Part shown: piece by piece, positions 43,329-54,000 of the stretch
Position numbering within the stretch: position 1 is the first letter of the stretch
Layout: each line of letters begins with the position of its first letter
Origin: a virus
Lineage: Duplodnaviria > Caudoviricetes
DNA: 64,000 nucleotides
Strand: one strand, 5' to 3'
Virus record (IMG/VR): IMGVR_UViG_3300005670_000014
Location: 1 to 64,000 of that record
Notes under the pieces: model-generated
What the model saw: the letters and a program-made list of their open reading frames with translations, nothing else
Told to the model about the DNA's origin: nothing
The model's database searches: none
Made by a program: the position numbers and the translations under genes

Positions 43329-43361
43329 ATCCATTCATTCATTATATTGGAGTGCTTGATC

Positions 43362-43535
43362 ATGCTAGAACATTACAACATTCAAATTGCCGTGTTAGAA
43401 AAACTGGTAGATTCACATAAAACAGAACTGACTGTACGACATGTGTTGGATGAATTAGAATATCTGAAACACTGTATACGCACTATGGAAGATGAAGTAT
43501 ATCATTGGGAGTTGTATTTCGGACGGTTACCTTAA
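43362..43535 (+). CDS. 57-aa hypothetical protein
   Basis: GGAG RBS before MLEHYN. Confidence 0.55.
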   Translation: MLEHYNIQIAVLEKLVDSHKTELTVRHVLDELEYLKHCIRTMEDEVYHWELYFGRLP

Positions 43536-43596
43536 TTGTTAATATGCTTCATGGCCTTCTGCCATGAAGCATTCTTTAAGAATATAGAGTTTAAGT

Positions 43597-44298
43597 ATGA
43601 ACGCTATTGGTAAAAAATACGGAAAACTAACTATTATCGCTTATGTAGATTACACTTGGAGTGCTCGGTATTTATGTCAGTGTGAATGTGGAAATACAAA
43701 AGTAGAAGCGTTGAGTAATTTAAATCGTAGAAAACGAACTCGATTTGATTGTGGTAAATGTCCAAAAACTGATGAAGAATACAAACAATGGTTTTTATCG
43801 AAAGTGGTTAAAACAGATTCATGTTGGCTGTGGAATCAATCCTTAGATCGAGATGGTTATGGTTCTGTTAACATAGAAAACATTCGATTAAAAGCTCATC
43901 GTGCAGCTTACTTTTTATTTGTAGGTGACTTTGAAGATGATAAATTTGTATGTCATACGTGCGATAATCCACGTTGTGTAAATCCAGATCATTTGTTTTT
44001 GGGAACTCATCAAGACAACGAACGTGATAAAGATTTGAAAGGTCGTCGCCCGATTACTTCAAATGGCAAAGTGACTGCTTTAAAAGACGCAGATGTAATA
44101 ACCATTCGAGAGCAGTTTGAATTATTATCAGGTACTAATTTACAACGTTATCATTATCTTGCTGAAAAATTCCAATGTAATGCACGAATCATAGAACGTA
44201 TTGTTAAACGACAATTCTTTAAAAATGTGAAGTCTAAAGAAATTAAACCTTCGAATAAAGTCAATCCATTTTCTTTTTTATCGAGACTAAAACAATGA
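43597..44298 (+). CDS. HNH homing endonuclease
   Basis: CWLW...DGYG...AHR..Y...VCHTCDNPRCVNPDHLFLGT.QDN..D. Confidence 0.9.
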   Translation: MNAIGKKYGKLTIIAYVDYTWSARYLCQCECGNTKVEALSNLNRRKRTRFDCGKCPKTDEEYKQWFLSKVVKTDSCWLWNQSLDRDGYGSVNIENIRLKAHRAAYFLFVGDFEDDKFVCHTCDNPRCVNPDHLFLGTHQDNERDKDLKGRRPITSNGKVTALKDADVITIREQFELLSGTNLQRYHYLAEKFQCNARIIERIVKRQFFKNVKSKEIKPSNKVNPFSFLSRLKQ

Positions 44299-44828
44299 AT
44301 ATTATGAAATCTTATAATTTCTGTTACGCACACCGTGTATGGAATCAAGTACTGAGTACAGGTGTAACGTGTAAGTGCAGATATTGTCACGGACATTCTG
44401 GTAAAATCGATCTGTGTTTGACTGGTAATCTTGTAAACGGAATGATCATTGATTTCAACGAGTTACAGTTCATTAAAACATTTATTGATTCAGTGATCGA
44501 TCATCATATGCTGTGTGATATCTACGATCCATTGGTTCCACATTATTTTAAGTTACTGAACAGCAACGTATTATGTTTCGAGGATCGGGGGCTTTATCGA
44601 GTGGTGAATCAAAACTTTATGAAAGACTTGGCTGTGGAACTGCAAGAGTTTGGTTCTTCATTAGTGTTTATTGATGGAGTGCCCAGTGCTGAGAATTTAG
44701 CTTTATGGTTGGGTACAATGATTACCGAATTGTTATTACAGAATAAAGTGTGTGAAGAACGAAATGTTCGTTTAGTGTCATTGAAGTGGTGGGAATCTGA
44801 AACAAGCTATGCAGAGTACATTGTATGA
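44295..44828 (+). CDS. queD: 6-carboxy-5,6,7,8-tetrahydropterin synthase
   Basis: F..AHR...C...HGHS...G.IIDF..L...ID..IDH..L...PSAENLA...WESE.SYA. Confidence 0.9.
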   Translation: MNIMKSYNFCYAHRVWNQVLSTGVTCKCRYCHGHSGKIDLCLTGNLVNGMIIDFNELQFIKTFIDSVIDHHMLCDIYDPLVPHYFKLLNSNVLCFEDRGLYRVVNQNFMKDLAVELQEFGSSLVFIDGVPSAENLALWLGTMITELLLQNKVCEERNVRLVSLKWWESETSYAEYIV

Positions 44829-45523
44829 ATACTCAAAAACCCACTCCGGTGAATTACTCCAATTCGCAGTGTGAAGTAGAAGAAATATTCTATACTTTGC
44901 AAGGGGAAGGTCCTTTTACTGGACATCCTGCGGTGTTCATTCGATTATCAGGTTGCACTCTTCTTTGTTCGCTCTGCGATACGAATTACAGTTCATTTCA
45001 TTCAATGACGGTAGATGACGTGGTGGAGCAAGCTATAAACATCCAACACAACGCCCAATTAGCCGTTGTAACGGGCGGTGAACCGTTCCGGCAGTACCCA
45101 TTGGCTCCATTGATTGATGCACTGCTACAGCGGTTTTTGACGGTACAAATTGAAACTTCCGGGTCATGCTACCAACCCACATTTACCGCTTTGAAAAAAG
45201 CATATCCTGAACATATCAAAGTGGTGTGCAGCCCCAAAACACCCCGACTCCATCCGCTAATTCTGCAACACATTGATGCTTATAAATACGTCGTGCGCTT
45301 TGGAGCAGTGGATAAAGATGGATTACCCAATGAAGAACCCCAAAAGTTTCGTACTACTCCCGTCGCCAAACCCCACGATCCCCATATTCCCGTGTATATT
45401 TCGCCATGGGATGAAAAAGATTTAGAACTGAATATTCTAAATACGCAACAAGCCGTGGATGTGTGTTTAAAACACGGGTATTTTTTATCATTGCAAATTC
45501 ATAAGATCGTGAACTTGCCTTAA
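44825..45523 (+). CDS. queE: 7-carboxy-7-deazaguanine synthase (radical SAM)
   Basis: EIFYTLQGEG...G.PAVFIRLSGC.L.C..CDT; TGGEP; IETSG; CSPK; LSLQ.HK. Confidence 0.92.
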   Translation: MNTQKPTPVNYSNSQCEVEEIFYTLQGEGPFTGHPAVFIRLSGCTLLCSLCDTNYSSFHSMTVDDVVEQAINIQHNAQLAVVTGGEPFRQYPLAPLIDALLQRFLTVQIETSGSCYQPTFTALKKAYPEHIKVVCSPKTPRLHPLILQHIDAYKYVVRFGAVDKDGLPNEEPQKFRTTPVAKPHDPHIPVYISPWDEKDLELNILNTQQAVDVCLKHGYFLSLQIHKIVNLP

Positions 45524-45543
45524 CTTTAAGAGCGTAGATTTTT

Positions 45544-46032
45544 ATGGAACGTAGAAATATTGAACTTCGTCCCAATCGTGCGGTGACTCGTAGTATCCAA
45601 GCCATTCCTCCCAGTCAGCGAAATTTAAAAATTTCAGCGGATGAATCCCATATTGTGGATGCAATGGAAAAGAAACCCGAAAATCATTTCGGGACTTTAG
45701 CCCATCACACCAAAACTCTGGATATGGATTTATTGACTAAACGAATCTTGAAAAAAGGATCAAAAGAGTTTGAACCGCCGGTTAAAGAGTTGATTGGTGA
45801 GGTGCCACCTGGTCATGAAAACGGTGTACTTTTAACACATAGCCAAGTCTGTCGAATGTTTGATGTAACAGGTATGACTGTGTATGACTGGCGTAAACGT
45901 TTAAATCTTCCTGTCATTGTTTTATCCGGGGGTAAGCGACCACCCGTTCGTTATGATGAAGGGGTGGTGTTGGCTTGGGCAGAGTTACACAGTCGTAAAA
46001 TAGTAAAAAACGATTATCGAGAGTGGATGTAA
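45544..46032 (+). CDS. HTH (MerR/excisionase-like) DNA-binding protein
   Basis: LTHSQVCRMFDVTGMTVYDWRK...LP...VRYDE..V.AWA. Confidence 0.65.
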   Translation: MERRNIELRPNRAVTRSIQAIPPSQRNLKISADESHIVDAMEKKPENHFGTLAHHTKTLDMDLLTKRILKKGSKEFEPPVKELIGEVPPGHENGVLLTHSQVCRMFDVTGMTVYDWRKRLNLPVIVLSGGKRPPVRYDEGVVLAWAELHSRKIVKNDYREWM

Positions 46033-46047
46033 CATGGAGAATTGAGT

Positions 46048-46533
46048 ATGAGTGAAGAAACATTAAAACAAATCCGTCAATTACTACCTTCGTTAGTGGA
46101 CAGTGAACTGCAACAAATCATCTTATTAGCGACAAAATTACGTACTCGTGAAAATCAAGAATCGAGTGTCAATGCATGGTACATTGCACTCAGTACGGCA
46201 TTGATGTCACGAATGGATTGGCGGACTCCTCCCATCAAAGCTTTACCCGATCATACCAAAACCCAAATTCAGAAAACGGGTGATGGTTTATTGGTTTGGC
46301 TCAATGAAGTGTTTGAACCACCATTAACCAAGATTGAACAACAATGGGCATTGAACTGGTGTGCTCAGTTGTTGGCAGATTCGTTAATGGATCGAGAGCG
46401 TCCATTGTGTTTGAATGGATTACTCAATGCCGCACCTGAAATTCCTTGGGTAATTAATCAAGCGTTTCCGGGTTACATTAAAAACGGAGCATTGCGTTGG
46501 GTTATTAAGAATTCGATTAACGGTCATGTTTGA
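46048..46533 (+). CDS. Hypothetical protein
   Basis: GGAG RBS. Confidence 0.7.
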   Translation: MSEETLKQIRQLLPSLVDSELQQIILLATKLRTRENQESSVNAWYIALSTALMSRMDWRTPPIKALPDHTKTQIQKTGDGLLVWLNEVFEPPLTKIEQQWALNWCAQLLADSLMDRERPLCLNGLLNAAPEIPWVINQAFPGYIKNGALRWVIKNSINGHV

Positions 46534-47548
46534 CTTTGTGCAGTTTTGCGAAGAACATCGAATTCCGTATATTGTTCGTGGTGTCAATAAAAAAGTCTCA
46601 GACGATTGTAATATCAGTTGCCCATTTTGTAATGCCAGTGCTGACCCCGATCCTTCTATGCATTTGGGAATTGATTCACAAAAAGGCGTTTATTCATGTT
46701 GGCGCAATCCACGACAACACCGAGGACGTACTCTTCATAAATTAATTATGAAGTTGATCCGTTGCTCATATTATACCGCGTGTGAACTGTTAGGTCAGCA
46801 AACGATCTGGTTAAAAGAAGGATCTTTTGAATTATTAGCGGATGATCCCAACAACTTTTTTAAAGAATCTAATATTGAAAAACAAGAATTAATGTTATTG
46901 GAAGAGTTTCGAGATTTTGGTACACCACTTCAAGCCGAACAGCGATTTATCGGCTATTTGCAACAGCGGGGATTTTCTGCAAAACAAGTTACAGCTTTGG
47001 TTCGTGAATTCCATTTAAAATGGGCCATTACGGGTCGATATAAGCAACGGATTATCATTCCATTGCACCATCAACAACAGTTGGTGGGATGGACTTCGCG
47101 TAGTATTCACAGTAAAGAGTCTATTCGATATTTAACTTTATCCGATGCTGAAGGGGCTTTAATCAATATTAAGAAAATGATCTTTAATTGGGATCAACTC
47201 ATTGAACATCCTACGGACATTGCAGTAGTGTGTGAAGGTCCATTTGACGCTATGACTTTAGATCTACATGGACGAAAATATGGGATTCGGGCGACGTGTT
47301 TATTTAATCAGATGGCAACAATGGAACAGATTGCTTATATTGCAGCATTGACCGATCTGTATCAATACGTACTGATTTTATTGGATGATACTGCAACGGT
47401 ATATGCACAATCGATTAAAGATCAATTGCCCGGTTATCCTTTGGAAGTGATTCAACTCCCGGATGGAATTCACGATCCGGGTGAATTAACGATGGCACAG
47501 GTATGGACATTGAGTAAGCAGTGGTTTAAACAACTGGAGATTAAGTAA
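46526..47548 (+). CDS. DNA primase (Zn-binding + TOPRIM)
   Basis: CPFC...H...C; RIIIP...GWTSR; CEGPFDA; LLDD. Confidence 0.85.
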   Translation: MFDFVQFCEEHRIPYIVRGVNKKVSDDCNISCPFCNASADPDPSMHLGIDSQKGVYSCWRNPRQHRGRTLHKLIMKLIRCSYYTACELLGQQTIWLKEGSFELLADDPNNFFKESNIEKQELMLLEEFRDFGTPLQAEQRFIGYLQQRGFSAKQVTALVREFHLKWAITGRYKQRIIIPLHHQQQLVGWTSRSIHSKESIRYLTLSDAEGALINIKKMIFNWDQLIEHPTDIAVVCEGPFDAMTLDLHGRKYGIRATCLFNQMATMEQIAYIAALTDLYQYVLILLDDTATVYAQSIKDQLPGYPLEVIQLPDGIHDPGELTMAQVWTLSKQWFKQLEIK

Positions 47549-47835
47549 TGGCACGGCAATTGGGAAAAACCACGCAACAACTCAGTGATGCTCCTACTTC
47601 AGCAATTTATGTTTGGTGTAACAGTAATTTGGAATATCCCAAGTATCTTGCTAGGAAATTACAACGTACTGATTTGTTTATTGTTAGTCCTAGTTGGTTG
47701 ACTGAATATCGTTGGAGGGGTCAAACGTTCAATGATGTTATTGTTGATCATGCGTTGAATTTTACATTGGAAGAGTTAGAAGCTCTTAGGGAAGTTAGAT
47801 TTAGATGCGGTCGTAATAAAAAGATTGAAATTTAA
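47548..47835 (+). CDS. Conserved hypothetical protein
   Basis: MARQLGKTT..L..AP..AIYVW; TAATG overlap. Confidence 0.65.
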   Translation: MARQLGKTTQQLSDAPTSAIYVWCNSNLEYPKYLARKLQRTDLFIVSPSWLTEYRWRGQTFNDVIVDHALNFTLEELEALREVRFRCGRNKKIEI

Positions 47836-47849
47836 TTGGAGATTAAATA

Positions 47850-48371
47850 ATGGCTTATATTATGGTAGATGTTGAAGCTGATGGGCCATGTCCCGGTTTA
47901 TACAGTATGATTAGTTTGGGGGCTGTCGTCGTAGAACCTTCATTAAATCGAACATTTTATATGCAGTTTAAACCGATTTCCGATCAATGGATTCCGCAAG
48001 CTTTAGCAGTATCGGGACATTCTCGTATTGAGTGTTTAGAATTTATGGAACCAAAAATTGGAATGGAATGTTTTGATGGTTGGTTAAAGACTTTAAATAC
48101 AAAAGTTTATTTTATGAGTGACAATAATGGCTTTGATTGGCAGTTTGTCAATTACTATTTTTGGAAGTTTTTAAATAAAAATCCATTTGGATACAGTTCC
48201 ATTAATTTAGGATCTTTGTACAAAGGACTGGAACGAAACATGTTTAAAAACTTTAAGCATCTTCGTAAAACAAAACATACCCATCATCCCGTTGATGATG
48301 CAAGAGGAAATGCGGAAGCTTTTTTGACGATTCAAAATCAGTTTCAATTGAAAACTGTAAAGAGTAAGTAA
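47850..48371 (+). CDS. DEDDh 3'-5' exonuclease (RNase T/Rv2179c-like)
   Basis: DVE, NGFD, H.P.DDA motifs. Confidence 0.85.
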   Translation: MAYIMVDVEADGPCPGLYSMISLGAVVVEPSLNRTFYMQFKPISDQWIPQALAVSGHSRIECLEFMEPKIGMECFDGWLKTLNTKVYFMSDNNGFDWQFVNYYFWKFLNKNPFGYSSINLGSLYKGLERNMFKNFKHLRKTKHTHHPVDDARGNAEAFLTIQNQFQLKTVKSK

Positions 48372-48372
48372 T

Positions 48373-50235
48373 ATGACACCTAAAGCTCTTACACTTAGAT
48401 CTTTTAAGTGTTTTTCGGGTGAAACTAAATTTACATTTCCCGTTGAATCGGGATTGTATTTAGTCCAAGGTCGTAATGAAGTTCAACCATCATTGGAAGG
48501 TAATGGCTGTGGTAAGAGTACATTATTTGGTGATGCGTTAACATGGTGTTTGTTTGGGAAAACGCCCCGCTTATTGAAAGCTTCAGATATTCTAAATTGG
48601 GAAGCGGGGTCTGCTGGATCAGTTTATTTTGAGTTTACCATGGAAGGCAAAGAATATGGACTATTACGAACTCAAACTCCCAATTCTTTATGTTTAGATG
48701 CTGACGGAATTCGTAAAACCGCAACTCAAGAACAAGTCAATGAATTGTTGGGATTGGACTTTGATCAATTTGTCGCCAGTATTGTCTTTGCCCAATTCGG
48801 TACAATGTTCTTTGACTTGTCTGCGGCTGATAAATCTACATTGTTGTCAGCAATTTTAGATTTAGATGTATGGGATACCGCTACGGATACCGCTAAAAAA
48901 TCATCAAATCAATTGGAATCTTCGATTACTACTGTAAAAATGGATACAGCCAGTGTTGAAGGTCGTATTGAAGGTTTACAATCACAAGATTTTGATGACA
49001 AAATTAAGCAATGGGAACAAAATTTTGAAGATCAACATCAAAATTTGATGGAACAAAATGATCTGTTCTATCAAAAACTGGAAAAATTGATTAAACAAGG
49101 TTCCAAAATTGAAGATCAACTAAAAGAACATCAAGAGCAGCTAGATGAATTGGCTGAAATCGAACAAGAAGTTCAATTGGACGGTCGTAAGTTGGAAAAA
49201 CAACGGAGTTCTTTACAAGATAAACGTAATGAACAAGAATTTTTATTAAAAAATCTTAAAAATGAACTGAAAAAGTTCGAAACTGTGGATAAAACATGTC
49301 CATATTGTTTACAAGATGTTCCAAAAGCTCATTTACAACAAGAAATGGGCAAGTTACAAACACAGATTTATAATGCGCAATCCAAGAGTGCTGATTTTAG
49401 AGCTTTGATTGATGAAAAAGATTCTGAATTGAATCAATATCGGATAGATTTGACAACTATACAGCAAACTCGAAAGGAATTTTTAGCGGAACAACGCGAA
49501 ACACTGGATAAAAAGTCATTTTTAAAGGCAGAGTTGGCTAAAATCAAAGTTCAACAGCAAACAGTGGAGCGTGATTTAGCTAAATTACAAAATTCAGTCA
49601 ATCCGTACTATTTGGAACAGCAACAACAGCAGCAACATATCGAAAAACTGCAAGATAAGCTAAAAATCAATGAAAAACAGTTAAAAGAACTGAACAAAGA
49701 GCTGTTTGCTACCCAATACTGGGTTAAAGCATTTCGTGAAGTACGTTTATCGTTAATTAGTGAAGTGTTAACGCAGTTAGAGTTGGAAGTAAATAATAAA
49801 TTGTTCCAATTAGGTCTTGAAAATTGGAAAGTGCTGTTTTCAGTGGAAGGTTTGACTAAAGGCGGTAAAGTTAAGAAAGGTTTTACGGTCAATATCATCA
49901 CGCCATACAATTTAGAACCCGTTCATTGGAACGCATGGAGTGGAGGCGAGTCACAACGCTTGCGTTTAGCCGGTGCTTTGGGTATGTCGGATTTAATTAC
50001 TGCTAAATGCAAGCAACAGCCGACGTTTGAGGTGTTCGACGAACCCTCAAGTTACTTATCTGAAGCAGGTATCACATCATTGTTATCCATTCTTAAAGAT
50101 CGTGCTAGACAATTGAACAAGCAGATCTTTTTAATTGATCATCGAAAGCTGGATAGTGTCGCTTTTGATGGAACCATATCTGTAATCAAAAACCATGATG
50201 GAATTGACATTGAATCATCATGGGCAGTGTGTTAA
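48373..50235 (+). CDS. SbcC/Rad50/gp46-like recombination ATPase
   Basis: Walker A GNGCGKST, coiled coil, CPYC zinc hook, SGGE signature, VFDEP Walker B. Confidence 0.92.
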   Translation: MTPKALTLRSFKCFSGETKFTFPVESGLYLVQGRNEVQPSLEGNGCGKSTLFGDALTWCLFGKTPRLLKASDILNWEAGSAGSVYFEFTMEGKEYGLLRTQTPNSLCLDADGIRKTATQEQVNELLGLDFDQFVASIVFAQFGTMFFDLSAADKSTLLSAILDLDVWDTATDTAKKSSNQLESSITTVKMDTASVEGRIEGLQSQDFDDKIKQWEQNFEDQHQNLMEQNDLFYQKLEKLIKQGSKIEDQLKEHQEQLDELAEIEQEVQLDGRKLEKQRSSLQDKRNEQEFLLKNLKNELKKFETVDKTCPYCLQDVPKAHLQQEMGKLQTQIYNAQSKSADFRALIDEKDSELNQYRIDLTTIQQTRKEFLAEQRETLDKKSFLKAELAKIKVQQQTVERDLAKLQNSVNPYYLEQQQQQQHIEKLQDKLKINEKQLKELNKELFATQYWVKAFREVRLSLISEVLTQLELEVNNKLFQLGLENWKVLFSVEGLTKGGKVKKGFTVNIITPYNLEPVHWNAWSGGESQRLRLAGALGMSDLITAKCKQQPTFEVFDEPSSYLSEAGITSLLSILKDRARQLNKQIFLIDHRKLDSVAFDGTISVIKNHDGIDIESSWAVC

Positions 50236-50256
50236 AATAAACCTTTTGGAGGTATT

Positions 50257-50712
50257 ATGCGTAATATTGATGTAAAAATCTTACATCCCACGTTTTATCA
50301 ACAATGGGATTTACCCCAGTATGCAACTTCAGAATCGGCAGGATTAGATTTACGAGCTTGTATTGATGATGAATTAATTTTGGCTCCAAAAATTAAATTT
50401 TTATGTCCTACAGGATTGGCAGTAGATTTAAATGATAAAGAATTAGCAATGTTTTTATTACCTAAATCAGGTTTGGGCCATAAAAAAGGGTTGATCTTAT
50501 CTAATTCCGTTGGTCTCATAGATTCAGACTATCATCTCGAAGTTTTTGTAAGTTTGTGGAATCAAGGCAGTGAGAGAATTAAAATTACACCAGGTATGTT
50601 TATTGCTCAAGCGTATTTTGCTCCGATTGTTCGAGTTCAATTGAACGTAGTAAAAGAATTTGATCGAATTGTGGAGCGAACAGGTGGTTTTGGATCAACA
50701 GGAACTCATTGA
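50257..50712 (+). CDS. dut: dUTPase (trimeric)
   Basis: SAGLDL, PKSGLG, GLIDSDY, RTGGFGSTG. Confidence 0.95.
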   Translation: MRNIDVKILHPTFYQQWDLPQYATSESAGLDLRACIDDELILAPKIKFLCPTGLAVDLNDKELAMFLLPKSGLGHKKGLILSNSVGLIDSDYHLEVFVSLWNQGSERIKITPGMFIAQAYFAPIVRVQLNVVKEFDRIVERTGGFGSTGTH

Positions 50713-51026
50713 TGTCTGAACAACACGCTGTTGGTTATAAAGCAGATGTTGGAAAGAATCGACTCACTCTCATCATGCACGGCTTTGCGCGTGCATTACT
50801 AGAAGTGGGCAAAGTGGGAACCTTCGGCGCACAAAAATACACGGATGATGGATGGTGTGAAGTGGTTAATGCGGAGCAGCGTTATACCGATGCATTGTAC
50901 CGTCATCTGTTAGCTGAAGCGACGAATGAAGTATTTGATGAAGAATCTGGATTACTCCATGCTGCACATTCTGCATGGAACGCTCTCGCAAGATTGGAAT
51001 TACAGCTTCGTAATTCTAAACAATAA
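50712..51026 (+). CDS. dATP/dGTP diphosphohydrolase-domain protein (DUF5664-like)
   Basis: G.KAD.GK.R..L...L.EV.KV.TFGAQKY...W...Y.DAL.RH...D.ESGL.H.AH.AWNAL..LEL. Confidence 0.8.
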   Translation: MSEQHAVGYKADVGKNRLTLIMHGFARALLEVGKVGTFGAQKYTDDGWCEVVNAEQRYTDALYRHLLAEATNEVFDEESGLLHAAHSAWNALARLELQLRNSKQ

Positions 51027-51081
51027 CAGTCCATGCACGATAATTTATATCGTGCATTTTTTATTGCCATGAGGTTTGATT

Positions 51082-54000
51082 ATGTCTTTTCAATCCGTAT
51101 CTAACTCTGTATATTCCAATAAATATCAATTGTTCGATAAGCATGGCAATGAGGTCGATGAGAGTAGAAGTCATAGTTTTATGCGAGTGGCTCAAGCATT
51201 GGCTAAAAATGAAAAAGATTGTCGATATTGGACGGATGTCTTTTTTGAAGCAATGGTGAGTGGTGCAATACCTGCTGGAAGAATTATGAGTAATGCGGGT
51301 GCTGAGGAACACAAACCAAATACTTCGCAGATCAACTGCGTCGTTGCAGATACAATCTATGACTCTATCGAATCAATTGGACAATCCGTAAAAGATTCTT
51401 TAATTACTCTATCTGGTGGTAGCGGAATTGGTTACGACTTCAGTTCTTTACGTCCCAAAGGATCTTTTGTTAATGGAGTGGGTAGCACCACATCTGGCCC
51501 GTTACCTTTTGCTGATATTTTTGATAAAGGCTGTTTTACCATTGCATCAGCCGGTGGAAGACGTGGTGCACAGATGGCAACATTTGATTTACGTCATCCA
51601 GATGTGTTAGCTTTTATTAAAGCTAAACGAGAAAATGGACGATTTCGACAATTTAATATTAGTGTGCTCGTTCCTCATTCATTTTTTAATGAAGAAAAAG
51701 ATTGGATATTTCGTTTTCCCATTCGTAGTTCTGATCCTGCATTGGATACTGCGGAAACGATGTGGGATACATGGCATATTAAAGATGCTGCATATATCAC
51801 GAATGAACATGGACAGACTTTATTTAAAATTTATGGCAAGATGCCAAAATCAGAATTATGGAATTTAATACTTCAATCTAATTATGAGTATGCTGAACCA
51901 GGTGTTATTTTTATAGATCGCGTGAACGAAGAAAATAATTTATGGTTTTGTGAAGAAATTAGAGCTTCTAATCCGTCAATGCCAGCGGGAACTTTGGTAC
52001 ACACCAATCTTGGTATTTTGCCTATTGAAGAATTAGAAAATCAACTTTTTTCAGTAAGATCTTTAGATGGTTGTTGGGCACCTGCAAGTTGTCGTTTGTC
52101 AGGAGAAGCCGAAACTCTTATGGAAATTAATTTTGGTAACTATAAGACTATCCAAGCTACACCTAAACATCTATGGCCGGTTTTAAATTCTTTTGGAAAA
52201 ATTGTAAAGAAAGAAACTAGTGAATTAAAAGCTGGTGATTTAATTCCTCTCAATCTAAATCTTCCATTAGAATTCAATGTAGACCCTACATTGACTGAAG
52301 ATGAGGGATTTTTAGTGGGCGTTTTTATGGGAAATGGCTGGCTTTCATCCCGCGTTGATGGTACAGGTTATGCTTTTGGGATTAGTTTTAACAAGTTGGA
52401 TATTAAAGTAGCTGAAAGAACCCTGTCAATTTTAAATCAGTACAAAAACAATCCTTCGTCCATCAAGGAAAATGCACATGAATTAAGTATTCAACTTACT
52501 TCAAAGGCATTTATTGAATGGTTTATGTTGCGTTTTGGAATTTTTCCTAAAACTAAAGATTTACCTTTAGTTTTATTTAAAAGCAATGATTACTTCATTC
52601 GAGGTTTTATTGATGGGTTGTTTTCAACGGATGGCAGTATTTCTGAAGGCAATGATTTTCGTGGAGGTTGTATAATTTTTAGTCAAAAATCAGAGTCTTT
52701 TACTATGAACTTAGCTAAATTGCTGAGTTTTTATGGAATAAAAACATCTGTTTGGAAAACTGAAAGTTCTAACACTGTATTTCCAAATGGAAAATCGTAT
52801 AATAAAAGTTACACAGCTTTCGCTGTGAAACTTGCTAATTCAGCATCAAAAGCATTTGCTTCGTTATTTAATTTAACTTGTGAAAGAAAACAAGCAAAAT
52901 TAGATTTTTTGGTTTTAAGAAAACCAAAAAAATCTAAAATAACAAATCTTTATAATGAAGTAAAAACTGTTACATATGTTCAAGGTGCTCATAAAGTTTG
53001 GGATATTTCAGTACAACATGATCAACATGTTTTTCCAACTGAATGGGGTTATACAGGAAACTGTGGCGAACAGATGCTTCCACCAAACAATTCATGTTTA
53101 TTAGGTTCTATTGATCTGACTCAGTTTGTTGAACAACCTTTCACGGATGATGCTCATTTTGATTTCAGTAATTTTTCCAACACTGTAGATGTATTTACAC
53201 GAATGTTGGATAATGTAGTAGAGTTTAATAATTTACCGTTAAAGTCTCAACAAGATGAAATTTTACAAAAACGTCGGCATGGAATGGGCTTTTTTGGTTT
53301 AGGCTCTGCTTTAATTATGCTGTGTATTCATTATGATTCTAAAACAGCGTTAGACTTTGCAGAAAAAGTAACGAAATTGATGGCAATTCGTGGGTATGTC
53401 ACGGGTTGTGCATTGGCTGAAGAAAAAGGTTGTGCACCCGTACTGAATGAGTATTTTGAGATTACTCCAGAGATTGTTAGAAAGAATGAATTATTTAAAG
53501 ATCAGTTAGGACAAAAAGTTAAAGGTATTGAATTATTTTTGGCAAGTCCATACATGCAACGTTTATTAGCAGATGAACCTGAATTAAAAGATCGATTGTT
53601 GAGACATGGCTGCCGTTTTAGTCATCACACCTCTATTGCACCTACGGGTACAATCTCTTTAGCATTTGGAAACGGAGCATCTGGAGGTATCGAACCTTCT
53701 TTCTCCCATTGTTATTTTCGTAATTTAACAGTACAAGATAAGAAAACTCGACAACAGGAAGCCGTGTACAGTAAAGAGTTTTTGTTGTATAAAGAATTAT
53801 ATGGACAAAATAAAACGGACGAAGAATTGTTAAAACATCTACCGGATTATTTTGTGACTGCGGATACCATTTCATGGAAAGCCCATATAGACATGGTGGC
53901 TGTCGTACAAAAGTGGGTGGACTCTTCAATTAGTAAAACCTGTAATGTACCCACTAATATTACTTTAGAAGAGTTTAAAGGTATTTATGATTATGCCTAT

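Noticed and set aside
45544-46032. Integrase/excisionase lysogeny module
   Set aside because: Only an HTH gene; no integrase, att site, repressor or flanking host genes.
50712-51026. Z-base (2-aminoadenine) genome, suggested by the diphosphohydrolase
   Set aside because: No purZ-like gene is in the window, and the adjacent queD/queE favour deazaguanine chemistry.
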